From an uncultured Phycisphaerales bacterium (GTDB lineage: Bacteria > Planctomycetota > Phycisphaerae > Tepidisphaerales > Tepidisphaeraceae): DNA of 64,000 nucleotides. Below the pieces are notes generated by a model that did not search any database, had not been told where the DNA came from, and worked only from the letters and a program-made list of their open reading frames with translations. Of this stretch, positions 9,930-20,207 are shown piece after piece. The DNA is taken from contig CAVWLP010000003.1 of assembly GCA_963755915.1 (NCBI GenBank), forward strand, positions 320,001-384,000, in the 5' to 3' direction. The position numbers and the translations under genes are program-made. Each line of letters starts with the position of its first letter. The stretch's first letter is position 1.

Positions 9930-11956
9930 CTAATTTCGGCGTCGGCGCAGTAATGCGCCTACCGTCGTAGATATAAGAATCATTGCGGCGGCTGGTTCCG
10001 GCACATCCGCCAGCAAACCATTGGCCGCGGCGAAGGCATCGAGGGCGGCGACATCGCCGGCGGAGACCGTGGCTGCGCCGCTGTCGCCCTGGCCGAAGTT
10101 GGCGGCGAGGGCGGCAAAGTCGGAGCCGTTGACGGAACTTTCGTAGAGGAAGTTGCCCTGGTCCCAGTTGGTGGCGCCGGTGCCGAAGTTGGTGGCGAGG
10201 ATGCTGAAATCACTTCCGTTGACGGTGCCGTCGAGATTGGCGTCGCCAAGGAGCGTGTATTTCACTTCGATCTGGCCGGAGCTCAGGCCGGCGACGACTC
10301 CATCGGCGCCGTCTGCATATCCCACGCCGTAACGCAGGCCGTTGGTCAGCGTCGCAGCCGCGGAAGAGATGATACCGTCGCCGGTGTTAGCACCGGATTT
10401 GATGTAGCCTGCGATGGTGTTGATCGGATCGCTGGAGCCGTAGGTGAGGATAAAATGGTTGTTGCCGATGTCGAAGGTGCCTGTGCCACTGATGGACAAC
10501 GAGGTTAGTTGGGCGAGGCCCGTGCTGGATCCGAGTTGGAGAATTCCGCCGGTGATGTTGACGCTTCCATCGGGGAGCGCGCGGCCGCGCCGATGATGAG
10601 CTTGCCGGCGCTGACGGTTGTGCCGCCGGTGTAGGTGTCGATGGTCGAGAGGGTGACGGTGGCGCTGCCGGATTTGGAGAGGGAGCCGGAGCCGGCGATG
10701 GTTCCGGTGCCGGAAATGGTGTAGTTGTTCGCGCTGTTGTTGAAGGTGATCCCGCCGGGGTTGACGGTGGTGCTCAGGGTGACGTTGTAGTGGCCGTTGT
10801 TTACGTCGCCGAAGCTGACGCTGTCGCCGTCGAAATAGTTGGCGTTTCCTACCGTATCCTGCCAGTTCATATTTCCTGAGACGTCCCAGGTTGCGCCGTC
10901 GCCGAGGCCGCCGGTGTTGTTCCAGTTGACGGTTTCCAGCGCCGGCGCCGTAACGGTGGGCCAGCCCTGGTTGGTCCAGTAGAGCGAACGGAGGGCGTAG
11001 GTTGGTGCGCCGTTGTTGTTGGCGTCTAAGTAGTGGTAGCTCATCCAGTCGGCGTTTCCCTGGGGCAAGATGCCGATCTGGCCTGGGGCGACGTAATTGC
11101 CTTCGGTGCCGAGGAGAAGCGATCCGCCGCCGTTGGTCATGGCCACGCCGTTTTCGTCGTAATAGGTGCCATTCACGGAGGTGCTGCGGCCCATGCGGAT
11201 GTTGTAGGTGCTGCTGAGACCGTCGCAGCAGGTTCCCCAGTTCACGAAGAGATAATAGTAATTTCCCTGGTGATAGAGGTAGGAGGCTTCGATCGAGGAG
11301 TTGTAGGCGATCTGCTCGACGGTGGAGTTCAACGGCTTGCCCGTGGACGGATTTATTTGCGTGAGGTAGATGCCGTTCCAAAATGAACCGAACGACATCC
11401 AGACCGAGCCGTTGGACTGGACCAGGATGCTGGGGTCGATGGTGTTATAGGCACTGCCATTTGTTGAGCCGATGACCTCACCCTGATCGACCCAATCATA
11501 GGTGCCGAAATCGAGGGTATTGAGGGTCGTGTTGGTCGCCATTCCAATGGCGGAAACCTGGCTGCCGAAGGTGGAGACGGCGTAGTAAAGGTGATAGAGG
11601 CCGTCGAAATAGGCGACGTCGGGAGCCCAGAAATCGCCGGTAAATCCGGGGACGGCGGTGGATGTCCAGGCGGGAATGGTGGAGTTGGTGAAGACGGATG
11701 GTCCGTTCTGCCAGGTTTCCATGTTGTAGGAGACGCGGGAGAGGATGTCCTGGCCGGTGCTGAAGTAGAGGTATTCGGTGCCGGTTGGGGTGGAGACCGC
11801 CTGGAGGGTGGAGGGGTCGTGAGCGCTGGTGACGCCGTAGGCGGGTAGGATTTGGGCGAGGGAGGGGTGGGAAAAAAGCGGGCTGACGAGAATCGCTCCA
11901 AAGCCACTTATCCCCAGGCGTTTGGAAAGCTTCCGGCGTGCGGATGGATCACTCAT
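9930..11956 (-). CDS. GH43 endo-1,5-alpha-L-arabinanase-like enzyme + autotransporter-associated beta-strand repeat + dockerin-like module + PEP-CTERM; frameshift near 10580
   Basis: AHDPS, FWAPD, IDPS, SFGSFWNGI, IEAS, WGTCC (GH43); LSKSGSATVTL...TYTGGTTV; GDANLDG; VPEP-TM-RRRRN. Confidence 0.88.
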
Positions 11957-12186
11957 AAGCTCCTCGACGCCACAACCCGTCGTTCCGCGTATCCGGTGAG
12001 AATTTAACCACGCATTTTTAGTAGTTCAAGACTATTGCTTGCAAATCGAAATTAATCGAGCGGCTTTCCAATCCTCGTGCTATAGAAACGACGCTTGCCC
12101 GCGAAGTCATCTGAGCGGGGTGTTTCGGTTCGGCTTAGATTTGAGCCGCTTGCCCAATGCCGGCCGCCTTCCGGCGTTGATCCTTA

Positions 12187-13137
12187 TTACCACCAGAAAT
12201 AGACGCCGGTCTTGCTAATGGCTGTGTTACCGGGGATGTAAACCCTGGGAACCATTTGTGTAAACGGACGCCATTCCGCATGTCCATCCATGAACAGGAT
12301 ATTCCCACCAGACGGTTCGCGTCCGTAGAGATGCGCGCTTGGCTCGGGAGTCGGCCAGCCGCCGATAACCAGGTAGTCGTAAGTAGCGCGCTCCCCGTTT
12401 GTCAAGTTCGTGAAGGTTTGGCTAACCACTGCATCGAGCACAAGTTCCGTTTGGGAGGAAAGCGCCGGCCTGGAGACCTTAAACCGGTTAGCGGTCGCGA
12501 TGGGCTTGGTTAATTTGGTCTGAAGATTCCAAAAGTAGGTGGTGCTGGCGTTGGAAAGCGAATTCCCTTCATTTTCAGTCAACCACAAGTTGTTGAGGTT
12601 TGGGTCCAGCCGCTGGATCAGGAAGACGTAACCCATAACGCCAAATCCGGCCGAATCAACATTCGTTCCCTGACTGGGGACGAGCTGATGCGTGACGACT
12701 GGGTAGTTGTAGGAAACGTTGAAATCCCATTCGCTGGGTCCCACTCCCAATGAACCGGGGACGTTGGCGAGATCCTGAGTCTCCTTATTGCTTGGGCAAT
12801 AAAACGCATCGTGGGTAACGCCATATCTGACGAGCAGATCGCGCATGGGAGCGGACATGTCCCACATCCAGTTTTCGGTCGGAGCGGTTGGATACCACCC
12901 GCCATTGCAAGCCTTTGCCGGCAGCCAGCCGGCATTGTCGGCCGCATAGGCAAACAGGGCTCCGGCGATATTGTGCTCCTGGGCGGCGCACTGCACGATC
13001 TGGGCCTGCTGCCTGGCTTTGGTCAGGGCGGGAAGAAGAATCCCGATCAGGATCGCTATGATTCCGATGACCACCAGTAATTCCACGAGCGTGAAACCGC
13101 GTCGGTTTTCCGTATGATTTACCGCATGATTTTCCAC
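12187..13137 (-). CDS. Prepilin-type N-terminal cleavage/methylation protein (DUF1559-like, H-X9-DG type)
   Basis: RRG|FTLVELLVVIGIIAILIGILLPAL, FYCPS, HLYGREPSGGNILFMDGHAEW; GTG at 13137 with GGAGG RBS. Confidence 0.9.
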   Translation of the reverse strand: MENHAVNHTENRRGFTLVELLVVIGIIAILIGILLPALTKARQQAQIVQCAAQEHNIAGALFAYAADNAGWLPAKACNGGWYPTAPTENWMWDMSAPMRDLLVRYGVTHDAFYCPSNKETQDLANVPGSLGVGPSEWDFNVSYNYPVVTHQLVPSQGTNVDSAGFGVMGYVFLIQRLDPNLNNLWLTENEGNSLSNASTTYFWNLQTKLTKPIATANRFKVSRPALSSQTELVLDAVVSQTFTNLTNGERATYDYLVIGGWPTPEPSAHLYGREPSGGNILFMDGHAEWRPFTQMVPRVYIPGNTAISKTGVYFWW

Positions 13138-13570
13138 GAATTTCCTCCGAAGCGATCGATCGTTGTATTGTGTGTGCACGAGCAACTCCTTGAAGTTTCC
13201 GCGGGATGGGGCACGCACCGACTTATGATTTTCGCCAATGGATTTGCACTCCCATAGACGCGATCGATCAATCGACATGAAACCACTCCGAACAACGTGC
13301 CGTCTGTATCGAGATTGCGGATGCGTCCCTTTATGAGACTTTCAGAGGCTCCCGCAGAGACTCATGGGGGGACGGATCGCTCCTCTTCGAAATCCTTCCC
13401 CAGCACGTGATTTCACAGCATAAACATCACTCTGAAAGTTTACAAGCATTTTTTTCTTTCACACAGAAAATAACTCGGTATACTCTCCATCCGTTGACCT
13501 GCGGTGGTTTAATAAGAGCGGGTCGGCAAAGTGTCATTTCACGGCTCAATACATCACATTCGGAGGAGAC

Positions 13571-16500
13571 ATGCAGTCGAGGACAAAGGCAAAGTTAACG
13601 GCAGCAGTAGCGGCTTTCACGGGCAGTATTCTGACCTTCGGCCACTATGCGATGGCACAGAACGACACGTGGGCGGTAGACACCGCAGGCAATGGGTCGG
13701 GGAGTTTTAACACGCCCGGAAACTGGAGCACCGCCGCCGTTCCTACCGGGGCGGCAACGGCGTTCTTCAATGAGAACATCACCTCCACCAGCACGATCAC
13801 GCTGGATGGATCCCAGACATTGGGAACCGTGAACTTCGGAAACACCAACGCGTCGAGCAACGCGGGATGGGTGATCAATACCGGCACGGGCGGCCCGCTG
13901 AATCTCAACAATCCCGGCTACAACATTTTTACCGTGAACCAGGCGACCGGGCAGACGGAAGTCGTCACGATCAATGCCACGCTTGCGAACGGCAACAACG
14001 GTGATAACGAGTTGGCCAAGGGCGGACGCGGAACCCTGGTTCTCACAGGGAACAACAGCGCGCTCTCGGGTACTGTGGCGATCAATGACGGTGTATTGGA
14101 ACTCAACTTCGCTGCGCCGGGAGCACCGGCAACCAACATCCTTGGAGACGACGGGGCGGCCACCCCCGATGCGGGCTCGACACACCTTGAGGATCAAGGG
14201 GGCACTCTGGTTCTCAACGGCGCAAGCGGTGGAACAAACAGCCAGACCTTCAGCAACGGAACGGGCCTGGAATTGGGCGACTCCAGCATCGTGCTAAATC
14301 AGAATGGCGCGGCATCGCTGTCGTTGAATCTGGGCCTCCTGCAGCACAACTGGGCCAGCTCCCTTGATATTCAGCTCCCCACCACGGGAACGGTCTCGCT
14401 CACCCTCGCAGCCACCGGTGGCAACCAGGCTTTTGGCACCACCACCAGCACGGGCGGACTCCTGGTCGACACCGGAGGCATGGCCTTCGCGACCGTTAAC
14501 AACGGCGCCGACTGGGCCGCGGTCGTAACCAACACCATGACCTCCACCAGTAGCATCGTTGCCGGCTCGTCCCTTCCAACTTTCTATACCGCAAGCACCG
14601 CGACGACTCTCTCCGGAAACGCGGATGTGAGTGGAGCCGTGACGCTGCCGGCCAGCACGAACACCACCGTGACCTCCCTTCGGTTCAACGGGGCGGCAAC
14701 CAGCATCGATATCGGCGGAGCCACCAACACGCTGACCACCGCGGGCATTCTCATGACCCCCTCTGCCACCGGAAACGTGACGATTTCCGACGGCAATCTG
14801 GTCACCTCGGCCACCAATGAGCTTTTTATCGATCAGAATAATGCGACCAACACCCTGACGATCAGCGCCAATCTCACCGGTGGCGGCGACATCCTCAAGA
14901 GCGGAGCGGGAACTCTTGTTTTGAGCGGCAACGATACTCAGTCGGGCTGGAACTACCTGAACAGCGGTACGACGGTTCTTGCCGGCGGCGGCACACGCGG
15001 AGTCGAGGCAAGCGCCGGCGACACGTATGTCGGCCAGGCATTCGGCAACACCTCAACGCTCGACATCGTCAACGGAACCTGGAATTCCGGCAGGACGGTC
15101 ATGGCCGGAAATCCGGGCAACTACTCGGGCGGAACCGGTACCATCAACCAGACCGGCGGAACCATCAATTCCAACTATTGGTTCACCGTGGGCGGTTTCG
15201 GCCAAGGCACTTACAACAATAGCGGCGGCGTTTTGAACACGAACCCGCTCGGTTTCGGTGTTTCAGAACTGGAAATCGGGGTCTTCACAACCGGATCCGG
15301 TGTGGTCAACCTCAGCGGCACTGGTCAGATCAACATCGACAACAACGGCACCATCTCTTTCGGCGACGTTAACGGTAACGCCGCCCAAACCGGCGTGTTC
15401 AACCAGAACGGCGGAGCCGTAACTTTTTATAGCGACGGCGGCTCCACGGTTGGCGGAGGCGGTGGCATCAATTTAGGAATAGGCGGCGTTGGCACCTATA
15501 CCTATAACCTCAATGCCGGAACCCTTACCGTACCGACCATCGGCCACAGCACAGGCACGGCGATTTTCAACTTCAACGGTGGAACGCTTCAGGCCGCGGA
15601 GGCCACGGCGGGCTTCATGGGTGGTATCACTCATGCCTATGTGCAGGCAGGCGGCGCCAACATCAATACGAATGGCTATAATGTTACCGTGTCACAGCCG
15701 CTCTCCAGCGGTGTTACGGGCCCGGCAGTGGACGGCGGATTGACCAAGCTTGGCGTGGGCACCCTTGTGCTTTCCGTCGCGTCGACCTATACCGGCGCCA
15801 CGACAATCACGCAGGGTACCGTCCAGCTTCCGGCCGTTGGTATCCCCACGGCAGTCGCCTCATATTCTTTCGATAGCTTTACTCCTAGTTCGAACCCCCT
15901 GCCGCAAAACACTGTTATCCCCAATACCGGTTCGGGCGGTTCGGCCCTGAACGGCATCATCGATAATACTTACTACACGGGCGGCTCGACCAGTGGCGCG
16001 ACCATTGTTTCGCCTGGCCCGACCATTGGTTCCTTGACGACCCATGCCTTGCAATTGGACGGCTCGGGAACCGACGTGCTGATTAACTCTCAGATCGTCG
16101 ACATGAGCAATGCCGCGAGCTGGACGTTCTCGGCGTGGATTCAAACCACGGTCGACGGGTCGGCGTTCCTGAGCAAGGGAACGAACAACGGAAGTTCCTG
16201 GACGACGGGAAACACAGTGTTCTATCTGGGCGCTAATCCGGTCAGCGGGACGCCCGGGCCGTATCCAACCGGCGTCCGTTACGCGGGTGGATTCGTCCAG
16301 GGCACCACGCCTGTTGACGACGGCAACTGGCACATGGTTACCTTCGTCGATGCCGGCGGTACCGAAACCGTCTACGTGGATGGGAATGCCGTGACTTCCT
16401 TGACCTATCCCAACATGGCCGGCTCCGATGCCAGCAACAGCACGCTGATTGGATACGACGAAGACGCGCTGTCGGATCTGGACGGCAACTCGAACTATGC

Positions 16501-17590
16501 CGGCAACCTGGATGAACTGAACTTCTTTAACACGGCTCTATCGGCAACGCAGGTCAATGAGCTGAAGAACACCAACAGCGTGTCAACCGCAGGCGGATCC
16601 CAGCAGATTCTCCCCGCCACGACACCTGTGAATATTACCGCCAGCGGCGCGTCACTTGACCTCAACAGTGAGAACCAATCGATCGGCTCTCTTGCCGGCG
16701 TGGCAGGATCGGCCGTGACCCTTGAAACGGGAACTCTTACCACCGGCGGAAACAACACGTCGACGGCGTTCGCCGGAAGCATTTCGGGCTCGGGAGGTTT
16801 GGTGAAGAACGGCACGGGCACGCAGACCCTCAGCGGTTCCAACAGCTATAGCGGAGGCACAACCGTTAATGCTGGCGAGCTGCTGATTGCGGCCAACGGA
16901 GCACTGCCCGATGGGGCACTCGCCATCACGGGCGGCACGGCTCAGTTGGGCCACCAAACCGGCCTCGCCAGCCTCACCTCGTTGTCGATCAGCGGCGGTA
17001 TCTTCGACATCACGAATAACCACGTGCTGATCACCTACGGCGCCAGCGACCCGGTCGGTTCCATTTACGCCTACCTGAAGAGTGGCTTCAACAACGGCGG
17101 TTGGAACGGTGCAACGGGAATCATCTCCAGCACCGCCCAAACCCTCACCAACGGATTCCGCTATGGCGTCGGCTGGGCGGACGGGGCCGATGGGACGCAT
17201 AACGTCGCCGGCCTGGTTAGCGGTGAGATCGAGCTGAAGTACACCCTCCTTGGCGACGCCAATCTCGACGGCAGCGTCAACGGGAGCGACTTCTCGATCC
17301 TGGCCGCGAACTTCGGGCTGGGCGTCACCAACTGGGACCAGGGCAACTTCCTGTTTAGCAGCTCTGTGAACGGTTCGGACTTCAGCGCGTTGGCCGCGAA
17401 CTTCGGCCAGGGCGACAGCGGCGCGGATACGTCGGTGACACCCGCCGACATCGCTGCTCTCGACGCCTTCGCCGCCGCAAACAATTTGGCGGTTCCGACG
17501 ATCGGCGCCGTTCCGGAACCTGCAACAACGGGAATCCTGCTGATGGCTGCGACCGGCTTGATCGCTCGCCGGCGTCGCAGACAGGAGTAG
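13571..17590 (+). CDS. 1339-aa PEP-CTERM surface protein with autotransporter-associated beta-strand repeats, LamG-like domain and dockerin-like module
   Basis: Signal peptide; four KxGxGTLxL repeats; WTFSAWI...DDGNWHMV...GNLDELNFF; GDANLDG; VPEP-TM-RRRRQE. Confidence 0.88.
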   Translation: MQSRTKAKLTAAVAAFTGSILTFGHYAMAQNDTWAVDTAGNGSGSFNTPGNWSTAAVPTGAATAFFNENITSTSTITLDGSQTLGTVNFGNTNASSNAGWVINTGTGGPLNLNNPGYNIFTVNQATGQTEVVTINATLANGNNGDNELAKGGRGTLVLTGNNSALSGTVAINDGVLELNFAAPGAPATNILGDDGAATPDAGSTHLEDQGGTLVLNGASGGTNSQTFSNGTGLELGDSSIVLNQNGAASLSLNLGLLQHNWASSLDIQLPTTGTVSLTLAATGGNQAFGTTTSTGGLLVDTGGMAFATVNNGADWAAVVTNTMTSTSSIVAGSSLPTFYTASTATTLSGNADVSGAVTLPASTNTTVTSLRFNGAATSIDIGGATNTLTTAGILMTPSATGNVTISDGNLVTSATNELFIDQNNATNTLTISANLTGGGDILKSGAGTLVLSGNDTQSGWNYLNSGTTVLAGGGTRGVEASAGDTYVGQAFGNTSTLDIVNGTWNSGRTVMAGNPGNYSGGTGTINQTGGTINSNYWFTVGGFGQGTYNNSGGVLNTNPLGFGVSELEIGVFTTGSGVVNLSGTGQINIDNNGTISFGDVNGNAAQTGVFNQNGGAVTFYSDGGSTVGGGGGINLGIGGVGTYTYNLNAGTLTVPTIGHSTGTAIFNFNGGTLQAAEATAGFMGGITHAYVQAGGANINTNGYNVTVSQPLSSGVTGPAVDGGLTKLGVGTLVLSVASTYTGATTITQGTVQLPAVGIPTAVASYSFDSFTPSSNPLPQNTVIPNTGSGGSALNGIIDNTYYTGGSTSGATIVSPGPTIGSLTTHALQLDGSGTDVLINSQIVDMSNAASWTFSAWIQTTVDGSAFLSKGTNNGSSWTTGNTVFYLGANPVSGTPGPYPTGVRYAGGFVQGTTPVDDGNWHMVTFVDAGGTETVYVDGNAVTSLTYPNMAGSDASNSTLIGYDEDALSDLDGNSNYAGNLDELNFFNTALSATQVNELKNTNSVSTAGGSQQILPATTPVNITASGASLDLNSENQSIGSLAGVAGSAVTLETGTLTTGGNNTSTAFAGSISGSGGLVKNGTGTQTLSGSNSYSGGTTVNAGELLIAANGALPDGALAITGGTAQLGHQTGLASLTSLSISGGIFDITNNHVLITYGASDPVGSIYAYLKSGFNNGGWNGATGIISSTAQTLTNGFRYGVGWADGADGTHNVAGLVSGEIELKYTLLGDANLDGSVNGSDFSILAANFGLGVTNWDQGNFLFSSSVNGSDFSALAANFGQGDSGADTSVTPADIAALDAFAAANNLAVPTIGAVPEPATTGILLMAATGLIARRRRRQE

Positions 17591-17603
17591 GGGAATACGA
17601 AAG

Positions 17604-17625
17604 GGGGCCGGGTAAAACCGGCCCC
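17604..17625 (+). terminator. Stem-loop after the PEP-CTERM gene, probable terminator
   Basis: GGGGCCGG-gtaaaa-CCGGCCCC perfect 8-bp stem 14 nt after the stop; weak U tract. Confidence 0.6.
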
Positions 17626-17769
17626 TCTGTCAAACTTTCTCGGGTTTTCTTTCGCCTGCAGACCAGTCCACGGGACGGGTCTATCAGGCGAAACCGTGGA
17701 ATGTACGCTTATGTAACCAAGGATTAGTTCTTGACTGACGCGCTTTCCGGAGATAATTGCTTCCTTTGG

Positions 17770-18915
17770 ATGGCGACCTCGTCACACCTAAGGAAGATCA
17801 ACCAGCGTAAAATCGTGCATTCGATGCTACGGCTCCAGACCAGCACGTCGCGCACGGCGCTGGCCGAGATGGCTGGAATGAGCCAGGCGACCGTCGGCCG
17901 AATCGTGGACGATTTGATCTCGCAGTCCGTACTTTCCGAGGTCGAAACCGAGGAAGGCCGGCCGCGTTCGGATTCGCGGCAACTTGGCCGCCCCTCGAAA
18001 CTTCTGGAGCTCGACAAGGTTCGGCCCCGTTTCCTGCTGATTCAGCTCGGAGTCCGTCAAACCCGCCTGGCGCTTTCCTCCGTTGCAATTCCCACAACCG
18101 ACCGCTGGTCGATTATGTTCGCAACCCCTCGGATGAAGTCCGACTGGTTTGCGAAGCTGGCCCGCGTCTGCCGGAAGATTTCACTCCGCGGGATCGACGC
18201 CATCATCATGAGCTGCCCGGGGGTGGTCGACGAATCGGAAGGCCGGATTTTGCTCTGCCCCAACATCCACTGGGCCGAGGAAGCCAATTTCGCTTCGGGG
18301 TTGCGGTCGATCGCCCGATTGCCGGTTGTGTTTATCCAGGAGATTCGCGCGCTGGCGCTGGGGCAGTTGGCGGTCGAGCCGGCGCTCAAGGATTTTCTGC
18401 TCGTCGATGTCGGAGACGGCATGGGGGGCGCTTCCATTGTCGGCTCGAAGCTGGAAACAGGGCATCTGCCGCTCAGCGGCGAGCTAGGACACACGCCCGT
18501 GCTGGGCAATACGCGCAAATGCGGGTGCGGGGCCATCGGATGCACCGAGACCCTGATTTCCCGCAAGGGGATTCTCAAGAGTTTCCGCGACAATGCCGAC
18601 ATCCGCACCTGGCCGGCGCTGATGAGCTATGTGCAGGAGGCGGGTTTGCCGGAGTGGTTCAAGGTTTCGCTGGACGCGGTGGCGATCACCGTCGCCGGCG
18701 CCTTGAACGTCGAGGGAATCGCCAACGTGATTTTCACGGGCAATCTTTCTGAATTCCCCCCGGAGGCAACCGACTATCTCTGCCAGAAGGTTCGCGAGCA
18801 CGCGATGTGGAGCCGGCTGGGGGAGGTCGGAGCGCGAATCGCGCCGCGGCACCGCATGGCGGGCATGGTCTGGGCCGGGATCGATCGCGTGCTGTTCGCC
18901 GTCATGTCCTCTTAA
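17770..18915 (+). CDS. ROK-family transcriptional regulator
   Basis: N-terminal HTH (SRTALAEMAGMSQATVGRIVDDL, GRP); GELGH...CGCGAIGCTE zinc motif. Confidence 0.92.
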   Translation: MATSSHLRKINQRKIVHSMLRLQTSTSRTALAEMAGMSQATVGRIVDDLISQSVLSEVETEEGRPRSDSRQLGRPSKLLELDKVRPRFLLIQLGVRQTRLALSSVAIPTTDRWSIMFATPRMKSDWFAKLARVCRKISLRGIDAIIMSCPGVVDESEGRILLCPNIHWAEEANFASGLRSIARLPVVFIQEIRALALGQLAVEPALKDFLLVDVGDGMGGASIVGSKLETGHLPLSGELGHTPVLGNTRKCGCGAIGCTETLISRKGILKSFRDNADIRTWPALMSYVQEAGLPEWFKVSLDAVAITVAGALNVEGIANVIFTGNLSEFPPEATDYLCQKVREHAMWSRLGEVGARIAPRHRMAGMVWAGIDRVLFAVMSS

Positions 18916-18953
18916 AAAACTCTCTGAATCTCAAAACCGGAAGGAGCGAAGCG

Positions 18954-19917
18954 ATGTTCTCGAAAAAATTGGCCTTTCTTTGTCTTGTCTGCGCAGTCGC
19001 CCTCGGCCTGGGGCCGTGGGCTTCGGCCTGCGCACGCGAAGAAAGTAAAGCTCGCGTTTGTGACCAACAACGCCGCGGATTTCTGGACCATTTGCCGGGC
19101 CGGGTGCATGAAGGCGGCGGAGGAAAACCCCGATATCGACGTCGATTTCCAGATGCTGGGCGACGCCAGCCCGGCAGGACAGAAGCGCGTCGTCGACGAC
19201 CTGCTGGCGCGGGGAATCGACGGCATGGCGATCAGCCCCGTCGATCCCGTCAATGAAACGCCGATGCTCAACGATGCCGCGCAGCAGATCACCGTCTTCT
19301 GCAGCGACAGCGACGCCGCCAATTCGCAGCGTGCCTGCTACATCGGCACGAACAATGTCGATGCGGGCAAACAGGCGGGAGGATTGATCAAGGAAGCGAT
19401 TCCCAGTGGCGGGAAGATCATGCTCTTTGTCGGGAAGCTGGATGCGCAGAATGCCAAGGACCGAATCGCGGGGATTCGCCAGGCGCTGGATGGGTCGAAC
19501 GTGCAGATCCTCGACGTCCGCACGGATGACACGGATGCCGTGCGGGCAAAGGCCAATGCGCAAGACACTCTCGTGAAATATCCGGACATCGCGGCCCTTG
19601 TCGGGCTTTGGAGCTACAACGGGCCGGCGATTCTCGGGGCCGTGCGCGATGCCGGAAAATCGGGGCAGGTGAAGATCGTCTGCTTTGATTCGGATGCCGA
19701 GACGCTTTCCGGGATCAAGAGCGGGGAGATTTATGCGACGGTGGTGCAGCAGCCGTTTGAGTTTGGCAGGCTTTCGATGCTGAACCTCGCCAAGGTAATC
19801 AACGGCGACAATTCCGTGGTTCCGGATACGAAGCAGATTTTTATTCCGACCCTGGCGATCAAGAAGGATAACGTGGATGACTTCGTGGCGCAGCAGAATA
19901 AGCTGCTGGGGAAATGA
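18954..19917 (+). CDS. Sugar ABC substrate-binding protein (RbsB-like), frameshift near 19030
   Basis: AAGGAG RBS + signal peptide; LAFVTNNAADFW, AISPVDP, YIGTNN, VGLWSYNGPA, TVVQQPFEFG. Confidence 0.87.
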
Positions 19918-20207
19918 GCCGGATTATTCACCGGGGAGATCGCGGAGAGCGCGGAGATTTTTCTTGTGAGGCAATTGCGTTTTGGGGGTTTGGACCCTTC
20001 AATACAAAACTGGACAGTCCGCAACAAAATGGGTGGGATGGGCAAAATAGGTAAGGGGAAATCGGGGTTTTGGTACTTATTTGACCACAGATTGTCATGG
20101 GGCGCAAAACCGGCCAATTGAGGGCGCGCCAAAACCGGCCATTTTGAGGCACAGGAGATTGGGTTATCGACCTTGGCTTTCGGCGGTTGCCGCAAGCCAA
20201 TGGTGGG

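Noticed and set aside
13571-17590. Type V autotransporter
   Set aside because: Has passenger-associated repeats but ends in PEP-CTERM, not a beta-barrel
19928-19957. Short REP-like intergenic motifs (also near 4683-4703 and 57340-57390) as ncRNA genes
   Set aside because: Single short copies with no recognisable RNA family features
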